From assembly GCA_016748015.1 (NCBI GenBank), contig JAAOMT010000512.1, positions 1,622,893 to 1,686,892 of the forward strand: a stretch of DNA of 64,000 bases. Reading direction: 5' to 3'. Numbering within the stretch: position 1 is the stretch's first letter; every line of letters begins with the position of its first letter. Shown here one piece after another: positions 1 to 12,059 of the stretch. The position numbers and the translations under genes were made by a program. The notes under the pieces were generated by a model. The model saw only the letters and a list, made by a program, of their open reading frames with translations, had not been told where the DNA came from and did not search any database. Source of the stretch: Geosiphon pyriformis uo1. Its lineage: Eukaryota > Fungi > Glomeromycota.

Positions 1-120
1 TGTTGATAAAATTTGATCCGATATCTTTTTACCGTGTAGATCTCTAGAAATTTTCTACATATAAAGTTGGCCTTGATGAAATGTCGGACCATTAAACCTT
101 CACGAAATTTTTATTCTACA

Positions 121-907
121 ATGACTACCACTATCTATGTTCCCCGTGAATACGGATATGTGAGCTTATGTTAAATATTACATTCTTTTCAAGTTTTACC
201 ACTTCATAAGTAAATTTTTTTTCATCTTACAGGTAATCGCCACCGGAATCGCTACCGCCTTTTTAAGCACCTATCTTGGCATTAAGGTAACAGGGTTCAG
301 AAAAGAGGCTGGTGTACCATATCCGTATCGTAAGTATAAGTAAAAGGGTTAAAGACACAAAATTCAAAAATTTTCATAAACAACGTCTTTTTAACTTGGT
401 TGATTTTGAATGTAGTTTACGCTGAAAAATCTGAGGCTGAAAAAGACGTAAAGAAACATACATTCAATTGCTATCAACGCGCCCATCAGGTTTTTATTTT
501 TTATTGAATGTTTGCTATAATTTGAATCACAATGGCTCAAAACTTTTATCTTATACTGCGGAAATTGTCAAATTAATGTGACTATTTGTTATTACCATAG
601 AATATGCTGGAAAGTTATCCACAGACCTTATTTATGTTTGTATATCTTTGATTGAGGACATTTTTTGATATTTTTTCTTTGAAACTAAATCGTTTAATTT
701 TTCAAAAGGCTTGCTGTTGGGGGAATCCGATACCCGATAATCGCATCAATCGGTGGTCTAATCTGGATCGCGGGTCGAATAGCGTATGCAAATGGTTATT
801 ATTCTGGTGAACCGCAGAAACGTTCGCATGGTAGATTTGGCTATTTGGGCGTGATTACGTTATTGGGTGTCAGCATCGCTACTTCTGTCAATCTTTTGTT
901 TGGCTAA
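121..907 (+). CDS. MAPEG family microsomal glutathione S-transferase (MGST3-like), multi-exon
   Basis: Manual splicing across GT-AG introns gives MTTIYVPREYGY/VIATG...RKEAGVPYPY/YAEKSEAEKD...FNCYQRAHQ/NMLESYP.../...GRIAYANGYYSGEPQKRSHGRFG...LLFG*. FNCxQRAHQN and GYYxGxP are MAPEG hallmarks. Not in the ORF track because the exons are short. Confidence 0.88.
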
Positions 908-1219
908 TTGATCAGTCGATTTTCGTGATTCAATTTCTTAATGTCAGTTATTTTAATACAATATGGAAATTTTCGACATTCCTTAATAACGATATTATCG
1001 AGCAATTTGCAGAATATGTCTATTAGCAAACACCCACATTTAATGAAGAAAATAATTCTTATACTTGGTGAAAAATAGTGGGTCGATTTCAAGATAATAA
1101 TTCGATAACTGTTTTTAATGTGATGTCCAGTCATTATTAATGAAACATAGGGAAATGCTAAAAGGTTTATAGTTCAGAATTGTATGTAGTAACTCAATGC
1201 CTTTTGTGAATAATAAAAT

Positions 1220-3282
1220 CTACTCAAGGATTTGCGTAATGACACCTAGAGTTTTTAAAATATATTATTTGATCAATCAAAATAATTTATACGTGAATTT
1301 CCCAAGTCAATAAAAAACAAAAGAATCACCTACCCGTTCCAACTGTTTTACCACCTTCTCGTACTGTGAACCGCAATCCGGGCTCAATAGCCATATCGTG
1401 CACAAGCTCACATTTAAGCGTAACATTGTCCCCAGGCATCACCAATTTCTCTTGTGCATTTTCTGTGCCTTCTGGATGCGAGAGCACCACAGTAACATCC
1501 GAAGTTCGGAAAAACATTTGAGGTCTATATGATTGCATGAACGGTGTATGTCTTCCACCTTCCTCTTTCGTCAACACGTACATTTGTGCTAAAAATTTTT
1601 TATGTGATTTCACAGTTCCCGGAGCACAAAGGACTTGTCCTCTTCGGATTTGTTCACGTTTCACACCACGCAATAATGCACCCATATTATCACCAGCCAT
1701 TCCTTTATCCAGCTCTTTATGAAACATTTCAACGCCAGTAAGGGTAGTTTTCAAAGTTGGACCCATACCAACAATCTCAACTTCTTGACCTTTAAGACAT
1801 GTACCTCGTTCAACTCGACCAGTGGCAACAGTACCGCGACCAGAGATGGAAAATACATCTGAAAAATAAAAAAGTAAGAATAAATTCTAATGATATCGAT
1901 TTGATTCTTATCTATATACCTTCAACCGGCATTAAAAATGGTTTATCGAAATCTCTCAGCGGGGTTGGTATATGTGAGTCGACAGCATCCATTAATTTCC
2001 ATATTGCCTCCTCTCCAATATTGGGATCCCGACCTTCTAATGCCGCAAGTGCAGAACCTTCAACTATAGGTGTGTTCTCACCATCGTACCCATATTGTCC
2101 CAATAAATCACGCATCTCCAATTCAACAAGTTCTAACATTTCTGGATCATCAATCATATCTACTTTATTGATAAATACGACTAAAGATCCTACACCAACT
2201 TGACGAGCAAGCAATAGATGTTCACGTGTTTGAGGCATTTGACCGTCAGTAGCTGATACAACAATAATTGCCCCATCCATCTATAACCAAATATATTGAA
2301 GAGAATTAGGGCGTTTCAAATAATCTTTTCGATAATGTCATTGTTCCCTTACCTGAGCCGCGCCAGTAATCATATTTTTGATGTAATCAGCATGCCCAGG
2401 ACAATCAACATGCGCGTAATGCCTTTCTTTTGTCTCATATTCAACGTGGGCTGTGGCTATGGTAATACCTCTAGCCTTTTCTTCGGGCGCCTTGTCAATT
2501 TCACTATAATCTTTAAATTGAGCTTGACCCCTACTGGCAAGACACTTTGTAATCGCAGCAGTCAAAGTAGTTTTTCCATGATCGACATGTCCAATTGTGC
2601 CAATATTCACGTGTGGTTTTCCCCGTTTAAACTTGGCCGTTTCCGTAGCGTAATGTCTCGTTGCTGCTTCATAAAATTTAGGAGAAATCAGGAATCAAAT
2701 TTCCGAAAAAATAGCATTGAAATAAAGGAAAAGTTTTATCTGACCATGTTTTGTCAGGAGAATTCTGCTTATCGAGGTCGTTGGTATGTGTGAGGAATAT
2801 TTTATAAAGTGACTAGTAGTGGCGGCCTATACGGAAATCAAGGCATGAATTGACCAAATTTCAATCTGGATCATCACGAATCAATAAAAATAGTTTTATT
2901 GCGATTCACTAAATCATCGGATTTCTCAGCATATATCTCCGGTTCTTTATCAAATTCACATTAAATATCCAATCGAATGAAACTCGAGCAAAAAGCAAAT
3001 GACAATCAAAAGTCATTAAAGAAAAAGATGATAGGGCAATTTCACAAACCTACCAGATTCGCTTTGTTGATGGTTGAGAGAAAGGAAATACGAGAACCTT
3101 ATTAAGAAATAATGATTTTGATAGGGTTCAAAATAATTGTCATTCTACTTTTCTTCTTGCAGCTTGGACTTACGTCGAGTAGCTGAGCCTTTAAGACTAC
3201 CACTAGTTAAGCTCCTTTTGGCAAGAAATGGACATGAGCCTGACCCTATGAGCTTTTTAACACCACTTTTAACGGTTAACAT
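1220..3282 (-). CDS. TUF1: Mitochondrial translation elongation factor Tu, multi-exon
   Basis: [21 protein letters not shown] and [13 protein letters not shown] motifs in ORFs 2338-2610, 1912-2280 and 1326-1766. First exon (ATG 3282, [15 protein letters not shown]...RSLTSG) is basic and Ser-rich like a mitochondrial presequence. Last exon GVITQILE* ends at 1220. Confidence 0.95.
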
Positions 3283-3540
3283 TGTGAAAATTTTCTATAC
3301 TGCGAAAGCCTCCTGAGAAAGCAATCTTCCAAAAAATCGAGCAGTGATTTCCAAAAAATTTTATGACTCACACGCAAGCACTGTAGAACAAACTAGTAAA
3401 GACTAGCGGCCAATGAAAGTGTATAACATATAACACTCACATTATCAATGAATAAAACTATATATAAATTTCAAGTCACCTAACTAGGATACCTTATACC
3501 CTTATAGCCAATTCGATCGCTGAATTACTTCTAAAAGAAA

Positions 3541-5903
3541 ATGGATTTCAATGAAGAGGAATATAGTAGCGTTTCTTGGGATACTTCTGCGACAGACTTG
3601 AAACCGGATGTTTTGTCTGACGAAGAAAGCACTCCCCCCCAAGGACGACATTCTTCGGCTTCGGAATTCAACGAGCTTGACGAATCCGTCTACTCGGTAT
3701 GTCAGCAAATAAAATGACATTATCAAACCACTCAAATAATTTTGAAAAAATTATTTGCTTATTCCCTCAGATACGCTTTTCAATTTGACAATTATGATTA
3801 AATCCTGCATAGAACGTAGCTGCCTCCAATATACTTCAGAATTCAAATTTTGGTCCTGATATGGATACACCGGAAGATGAATCTTTACAGCCATATTTAT
3901 TGTCGGTGGAGGTTCCCACGGCTTTTCCTATGACTATTACGGTCACTGATCCATTGAAAGAACTTGATGGAACAAAGGATGCCTTTATTTCTTATCTGAT
4001 AACTACTAAGGTAGGTTATATAAATTTAATCAACCAAATACCTTGGAGAAAATCTTCTTCCACCTATTGTCCAACATATTTCGGCTTTAAGCTTAAGATA
4101 TAACCGCTTTCAGACCACCTCAGACACATTTATTGCTCCAACGGTGACGGTGCGACGTAGATTTCAAGATTTCGTCTGGCTGCATAATGCTCTTAGTAGG
4201 GACTTTGCAGCTTGTGTGGTTCCTCCTTTACCTGACAAACATCGAATGGGTACGTACATATTGGCTATAATATCTAATATGTTTCTTTCTGCAATTTTTC
4301 TAATGTAATTGAACTGTACCAGAGTATATCACTGGAGATCGATTTGCCCCCGAATTTGTAGAAAAACGTCGTGCTAGGTATGAATCGAATCTTTTATCAC
4401 AAAGTTTTTATTATAATTAAATTTTAATTTTTTTCTTAAACCTCTATCCTGTCACATAGTTTGCAAAGATTATTGCAAAGATTAGGACGCCATCCGACAC
4501 TACAAAAAAGCGAATATTTTAGAATATTTTTGGAATCAAGAGAATGGGTATATAAGGGCGAAGTGGAGGCTTAAATTTAATCAGGGTGTTTTAATTTAAC
4601 GCCTCATTGTATCTGAAAAATTTAGAATGCTGAATCGCTATACAGGCAAAAAAGGGGGGATGGAGTTTTTGAAAATTTGGGTGACGCCCTTCTTAACGCA
4701 TTTTCAAAGATTAAAAAGCCGGATGTCAGATTCATCGAAATCAAAGAACATGTCGATAAACTTGAAGAAAATATAGAAACAGTTGACAGACTTTATCAAA
4801 AGATTCTGAAGAGACAAACAGGCAAGTTCAAAAGATATTTACTCAATTTGTTTTTGGGTTGGTTTGCAAATTTCATTTTTAGTATTTTAACAGATTTAGA
4901 GGCAGATTACACAGAATTCGGTTCCAGTATTGCGGGTTTGGGCGCTTTAGAAACGGGGATCACGGATTCTTTAGAAAAATTTGGCACTACTATTGTCAAG
5001 TTTTCAGAGGCTTGGAAACAAATGGTTTGCCATTTCTTCCCGCACATAATAATAAGGTATAAGGAATAAAAAGTTGCCACCTCATTGGTATACTGCTTTT
5101 GCACTTTTCATCCTCAGACGGAGCGTGAGGAACATGAATATCTCACGCAAACTAGGGAATTTTTGTCATATTGCCGTTGCGTCAAGGTTGGTCAGGTATT
5201 TTTGGACTTATTTTGGGTGTTTCAGGCTTATGACAAACGAATTTATTATCATCTAATTTTTCATCCGTTACGCTTCTGGACCATTTTTCTTCCTTACACA
5301 AAGAATGTCCTCAAACTACGGGACCAAAAGCAAGTAGATTTCGAGGCACTCTCCGATTACCTGCAAAACGCAATAACAGAGCGTGAAAATCTGGTGAGCA
5401 CTGGAAAATCATCGACCGGGTTCTCCGCGTTTGTACGAGAAAAGGTGGATAACATTAAAGGTGTAGATCAAGAACGTGCAAAACAAGAACGATTAGCAAG
5501 ATTGGACGCCAAAATTTCTGAGGTAAGGAAACGAGAATTAATCATTTCAATAACCTTTACTTTAAATTTTTTTCTTGATACTTTACTTTTATTCACCAAA
5601 AACAACTAGCTTAAAGAGGAAGTGGAAGGCAGCAACGATATTTCAAATTCTTTTTCCGGAGAAGTTGCCAAGGAATATGAGATATTTCAAGGTGCAAAAG
5701 CTGTAGAGTTAAAAGAGTCTTTGCTATCGTATACAGATAGCCATGTGGAATTTTATCGAAAGGTATTTTAATTTATGACATATTATCGTTTCATTTATTA
5801 ATTAGCAGTTTTCAAAACTAACAATATACCTTTTTGTGTAAAGGGGATTAATCTCTGGGAAGAAATAATCCCAATGTTGGAAGATATCAAGGTTCAAGTT
5901 TAA
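3541..5903 (+). CDS. SNX4: Sorting nexin-4 / Atg24 (PX + BAR), multi-exon
   Basis: Start MDFNEEEYSSVSWD. PX motifs ITVTDPLKELDGTKDAFISYLITT, VRRRFQDFVWLH and VVPPLPDKHR. BAR motifs GDALLNAFSKIKKPD and LKLRDQKQVDFEALSDYL. Confidence 0.9.
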
Positions 5904-6419
5904 GCAATATTTGATAAATTTGCCCTTGATTAGTATTGAATGAACACTATTTAATTGATTTTTGATTGATTTATATCTTTGATTTAGCTTTTTTGCTATA
6001 GTAATTTATGTAGATTATTAATAACATTCTTTTAATCGTTTTTTATAATTCCTCTTCATCAATTGGGACTGAAAGCCAAAATATAAAATTGATAAGAGAT
6101 TACAAACACGAAAGTAATGATTCGATCCGAATGGAATTTTTGCCGCGTAAATTCGCCCGATTCAATAACTCTAATCCTGGTGGCAAGGATTAACCTTTCT
6201 CTTCATCCCACATGGTCTTACCTCTCATTTACCTGTTAACTGCCAGCTTTTTCGAGAACAGGAACGGTGTACAGGATTTCCCAAGGTAACTTGAATGACG
6301 TATCATGAACAGGTATATTATTGTTTGGCTAATGGTTTATAGTCGTCATTTGTTGCAAACCAATTCGAGTTCTAAGTCATTCAAAAGGAGTTTCGGTGTT
6401 TTATTTTAAAGGTCCTATT

Positions 6420-7260
6420 TCATATTAGGATAAAAAAATATTTCATAATCGTGTGAAGATTGTGAAAAAATAAATTTCTCAAAATATAAATTTATTTTTC
6501 ATATATTGTATATGGCTAATAATTTATTTGATTATATTAATTTTTAAAATTAATAAAGCTAAAATAATTTTATTATTGTCTATTAGTTAATTATTATGTT
6601 TTTCTTTTTAGACAAATAAATCAATAAACAAAATTTATTAAAATCTTTGCTTAAAATATTGAAATTTTTATTTTAATAAATATATTACTTTTATTATTAT
6701 AATCGTTATTATTAAAACACAAAACAATATTTTTAAATATAAAACATTTTAAAAAAATCTGATTAAAAAATATTTTATGCAAATTTTAAACAATAAAAAA
6801 AATTATTAATAGTAAATAATTTTTTATAAAATTAATTTTAATAAAACAATTGTTATAAATGCAACTAGATATATTTATTTTTTTATTAATATTTTATATA
6901 ATATTTTTTAATATTTTATTTTTAAATTTATAATTTAATAAAATTTACATACAATTTTTTTATTGATTATTATTATTATTATTATTAAAGTTAACAAAAA
7001 CCAGTAATTCTATAAATTATTTGAATTTGATTGAGAAAATATTATATTTTGTATTATCTTTGAATTTAAAATTATATTAGTAATAATTATTTTTAATAAT
7101 CAATTATTTCATACAAATTTATGTCAATTATAAAATTTTCAATTTATTGATTCTTATAATTATAATAATATTTCTTTATTTATACACATAAATAAAAGTT
7201 TAAAATTTATTTTAAACAATAATTAAATAAATTTATTAATTCACATTAAATATAACAATA
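6420..7260. other. Extremely AT-rich intergenic block, probably a decayed TE relic
   Basis: Almost no G/C and no ORFs, with abrupt borders against normal-composition flanks. Confidence 0.6.
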
Positions 7261-7374
7261 CAGCTGGTTACAATCTCCTAAAAAAAATATCATAATTGGT
7301 TGCAACTAGTAAAGATTTCGATTGTATTATTTAATAAATTTTTTTTAATTCAAATAACCAATAGAATTCACAAA

Positions 7375-10300
7375 ATGGAAGCTTTTGAGAGTAAAGAAAA
7401 TCAACAAAAAAAAACGTCTCTTGAAAAGCCTGGCTTAGCCTCCCTCCCAAAAAGCGATGAGACACTTCTGTATAAACCACCTACAAACGAAGAGATTCAG
7501 GAACTAAAAGCTATAACGGATCTTTACAAATCGAACCTTTTTAAGCTTAAAGTAATTCAACGTTGGGTTTGGGGTTTATTAGAATCAGAAGCATTAGGCT
7601 CATAACCTTACTATTATTATCCTTATTATTCTTATTATTATATGTTTTATTGAATGTAGCTTCATCCGCTCATAACTTTATTATTGGCATCATTCCTTCG
7701 AATTAGATCGATGAAGTCTTGTCTGAAGTTAAGATTGATTATGAAAAAGTCAAAAGTTTGGAATACATTTTGGAACATTTAAAACAAGTCTTCGACAACA
7801 TTCCTGATTATCCTGAGGCTTCGGTAAGTTTAACCAATTTTTGTGATCGCGATCACCTTAAATTCATCTAAACAAAATTGAAATAGATTACTCAAATCAA
7901 ATCGCAAATGAGAAAGAAACACAAAATAATCATACCATTCCCGGAACCTCCCCCAAAAAACGATATACAATATAAATTCGGTTTCAAAAAACCAACCTCG
8001 ATCCATTTAATTGGCAGTTACCCGTTAAATACGGTTGCTCGTAGTCGTACTGGTTTTAATCTTGATGTCGCCGTCGTGATGCCAAGTGTAAGAAAATTTC
8101 TTCACGCCTAATCGATCAAACAAATATATATATAAGCTTTCTCAAATCTCAAATCAACTTTCCACTGGATCTAGTCCCTTTTTCAAGAAAAAGATTATCT
8201 AAATTATCGCTATTTTTACAAAAGGGCCTATTATCTTTCTGTTCTAGCCGTCTCACTAAAACCTATCCAGACAAAGATAAACATCAATGTCGAATTTTCG
8301 GCTCATAATGGTGATAGAAGACGACCGATCCTTGTGATAAGACCTTTAGAAAGTATATAGAGACTTCAACCGATTTCATTTCAAGGATATTTGTCTTGAT
8401 GGTTTTAAAATCTTTCAACCGTTTTCTCCTATAGGTATCCACAATGTTAGATGCATGATTCGAATTTTTCTTTGCATACCTCCAGATTTATTTCCTATTC
8501 GTCGCCTTGCACCCTCTCGAAATAATGTGCGGCCCCCAAACATTGAAGAAAATGACAATTTAAATCTAAACGCAGAAAAAGATTCTGCTAATATATTTTC
8601 CCCTACACCACAATACAACCTTGCGATTTTGCAAGACGCCTATTTCATACCTCATCTTCTCTTCTTGCATCAACAGAATAAAGTTTGCCCTGCGTTCAAA
8701 GATGCCTGTTTATTAGCGAAAGTTTGGTTAAATCAAAGAGGGATTGGTTCTGATAAAGATGGTGAATTCAACGGTTTCCTTTGGACGATGTTGATGGCCT
8801 TCTTGCTCGATGGGGGAGGAGGAGGTACAAAAGTAGGAAAGAGATTGGGCAATGGCTTTAGTTCATATCAATTGATAAAAGGGACCATGGAATTTCTTGG
8901 TAATAACTCTTGAATGATATTTCAATATTTCTTGACAATTTACCTAAGTTTTACCCACTTATCAAAATTTTATATAGCAAATCATGATTTCATACAGCAG
9001 CCAATTTTCATGAACGAATCTGAGTTAAACGAAGAGGTCTATAAAGAATTTAAATATGCTCGAAAGTCCATCCAATATTTACAAATTCTAAAAAATTTTC
9101 CATTTTCTTTGATCATAGTTCTCAGCACAAGCTTTCACCGAAAATTTTGATGTTGTCTTCGTTGATAAACATTGTCGACTCAATCTTTTTGGTGGCCTAT
9201 CACGTGCCAAGCTTGATCAGGCAAGCGATTCTCATTTGCAAAAATAAGTGATAACAATTATATTCATATCAAACCGTTGATGATTTATTCATGTACTTGT
9301 CCATGAAACAGGTACAATACGAGGCGAGATTGGCGATGAAGTATTTCAACGAAAAAGATGATCATTTCGAATCATTATTTTTGCGTAAAGTTGATGACAA
9401 AAAGCTAAGATATGATAATGTGGCAAAGTGAGAGAAAAATGAAAATTCATCGCCTTAAGTTCTTTATTATTATTTTTCTAAAATCGTATGTATTTCATCA
9501 CCAATTAGAATTTCCATGATTCCTAGTAAATATTCTTTATACGATCAAACCGCCAAGTTGGATTTCCCCCACCAATTTTCTCACTTTTCCAGAATGATGC
9601 CTGTTTTACTCAAACAAAGTCTTACAGACAGGGTTAAATTGATAACCACCGAACATGAACCATTACCATTTTGGTCTATTTCTGAAGACCCTCCAAATTA
9701 TTCATCCATCGCACTATTTCTGGGAATTATTCTTAACCAAGAACAATGTAGTCGTCTTGTTGATTACGGGCCTACTCCCGAGGATGAAATAGCCGCAGGA
9801 AAATTTCGGAGGTTATGGGGTAACAAGGCTGAGGTTCGTCGTTTTCAAGACGGCAGCATATTAGAGTCTGTTGTATGGGAGAGTGCACAAGGATTTGAAT
9901 CGCGAAATCTAATAGTGAGTCATATAATAATTCACATATTAAACCATCACTTTGGGATTAAAGAGGATCATGGGTTACTATATTGGGCGGGACAATTGAA
10001 CGTATTCCTTCGAGCCAATCCCAACATTCCCCGAAGTCTAAGTAAACCCGAGATCGAGGTACAAGGTTTCCAACCTGTGATGATGGCCTATCAAAGATTG
10101 GTAAAAGAGCTCAAGACAGTCGAAAATATACCGTTAAGAATTTCCAGCATAAAAGCAGCCAGTTCTATGCTAAGATATTCTTCGGTGGTCCTTCCTCAAC
10201 CTCGTACTATTGAATGTTTGACCCCTGGTAATGGAAAGGTTCCTCCTTTTATCGAACCTATTGAGATCATTATTCAGTTTGAAAGCTCGGGCAAATGGCC

Positions 10301-11846
10301 GGATAATCTTGTCGCCATTCAAAAAATGAAAATTGCATTTTATCTTCGACTTCGGGAACAGTTGAAACAGCAGAATCATGGCACTTTTGCACAGGTGGTG
10401 ACCGATAACAAAAATTCAATTCTATCCAACACCTACTTGGATATATTCGCTTCCACTGGATACGCTTTTCGATGTCGTATTCACCATGACCGAGAAAAAT
10501 TTTTATTAGAACGTGGAATCAAAGATAAAAAATCGACTCCAATCCAAATAGATGCATATAATGGGGCTTTATGTCTTTATAAAAGGCTTTTTGAAGAGCT
10601 CCCAATGCATACTTCTAATATTCACGCTCTCTGCAGCAAGTTTCCATCATTGTCAGCAACGATTCGACTTGTGAAAAGGTTCATGAGCTCTCACCTTCTC
10701 CTTCCGCACATAGACGAAGAAACAATTGAACTCTTATGTGCGGGAATATATTTAGAAACTAGTCCCTGGGATGTTCCTTCAAGTGGATTTGCAGGCTTTT
10801 TCAGAGTACTCTCATTAATATCTCGCTGGGATTTTCTTAATGAACCCTTGATTATAGACTTCAATGGCAGTATGTCATCAGAAACCAAGAATGTAATTGA
10901 ACAGCAATTTAAATTCTTCAGGCAGCAAGAAAGGGACAATCTTAATGATTCCGTAATGTTTATTGTTACTTCCGATAATCCGCTCTTAAACTGGGCAAAA
11001 AATAAACCAACTAGATTGGTGACATTCAGAATCAAAGAATTAGCAAATCTTGCGCTTCACTATATGGATCAGGTCATAGAAAATTCGGAGGATAAGAAAT
11101 TTGAGGTTCCATCCATTTTCTTTTTTAATATTATTGATTTTTTTGTCACAACCAATTCCCTAAACAAAAAATAATTCTGGTTGTAGATATTTTTTGCTAC
11201 CGATATGAGCGTCTACGATGTAATCATTCATCTGGATCCTTCATGTTGTTCACGATACTACCAAAACCGTCTAGCTAACCCTCAGTACATACCTGAACAA
11301 GATAAAGATAAAAAAATGGCAAGTTATCAAGGGGAAATTTTTTTCATAGGCTACGATCCCGTTGATTGCTATTTGAACGAATTGAAGGTAGGCTTCCTGT
11401 GGATACATTGATATTTCAACTAGATAAAGAAGCCTAATTTGGGATCAATACTTTTCTTCTCAGAGATTATATTCGGATATAGCTCTATTTTTTCATGATC
11501 GTTACGGCGGTGATTTTATAGGGGTGCTTTGGGTACCTATGGAATTAAGTGCACGATCATGGAAGGTTAACTTAGGTTTCTCAAGTGCCTTGAAAGAATT
11601 GGTAGAGAATGAGGGTGAAGATGCGAAGGTATTTGCTGACGTTTGTCACATGCTATAAATGTCTTTGGTTTTAGATAATAAATATCCGGTACAATTTTTT
11701 AGAATCCTAAAGCAGGAAACAACGCTACCAGTCCTCTTAAATCTTTGTCATCCAAAATCGTGGTTCCCAACCATCCCTCGATAATTGCAAATATAGAAAG
11801 GCTCGGTGTTGGCTTAGTAACCAAAATAGAAGTTTTGCAGGGATAA
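7375..11846 (+). CDS. UTP22: U3 snoRNA-associated protein 22 / nucleolar protein 6 (Nrap family), multi-exon
   Basis: YKSNLFKLK, IGSYPL...LDVAVVMP, EKDYLNYRYFYKRAYYL, FRRLWGNKAEVRRFQDGSILESVVW and QFESSGKWPDNLVAIQKMKIAF are typical Nrap motifs. The start codon is less certain than the body of the gene. Confidence 0.92.
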
Positions 11847-12059
11847 TAAATAGTTAATTTTCTTTATGGGTAATACTTTGCCACAACATAACTGCCACTC
11901 ATAGAATATTTGAATAAGCCAATTAAACTGGGTCCGAATCGAGTTTTTTTACAATGATATATTATAGGATAATAATCCCAGTCAAACAGACTTGGTTTGT
12001 ACTCTGCTCCACCATTCGCACATAACACTCTCCATCTCGATTACGTAGAAAACTCAATA

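Noticed and set aside
1537-2793. Plus-strand ORFs 1537-1722, 1544-1741, 1799-2203 and 2296-2793
   Set aside because: Antisense shadows of EF-Tu exons.
1220-3282. Bacterial tuf gene, HGT or endosymbiont contamination
   Set aside because: Spliceosomal introns and a presequence-like first exon mark it as the nuclear-encoded mitochondrial EF-Tu.
3364-3370. TGACTCA (Gcn4/AP-1-type site) in the 258-bp divergent TUF1/SNX4 promoter
   Set aside because: A single 7-mer is expected by chance in 64 kb and there is no conservation data.
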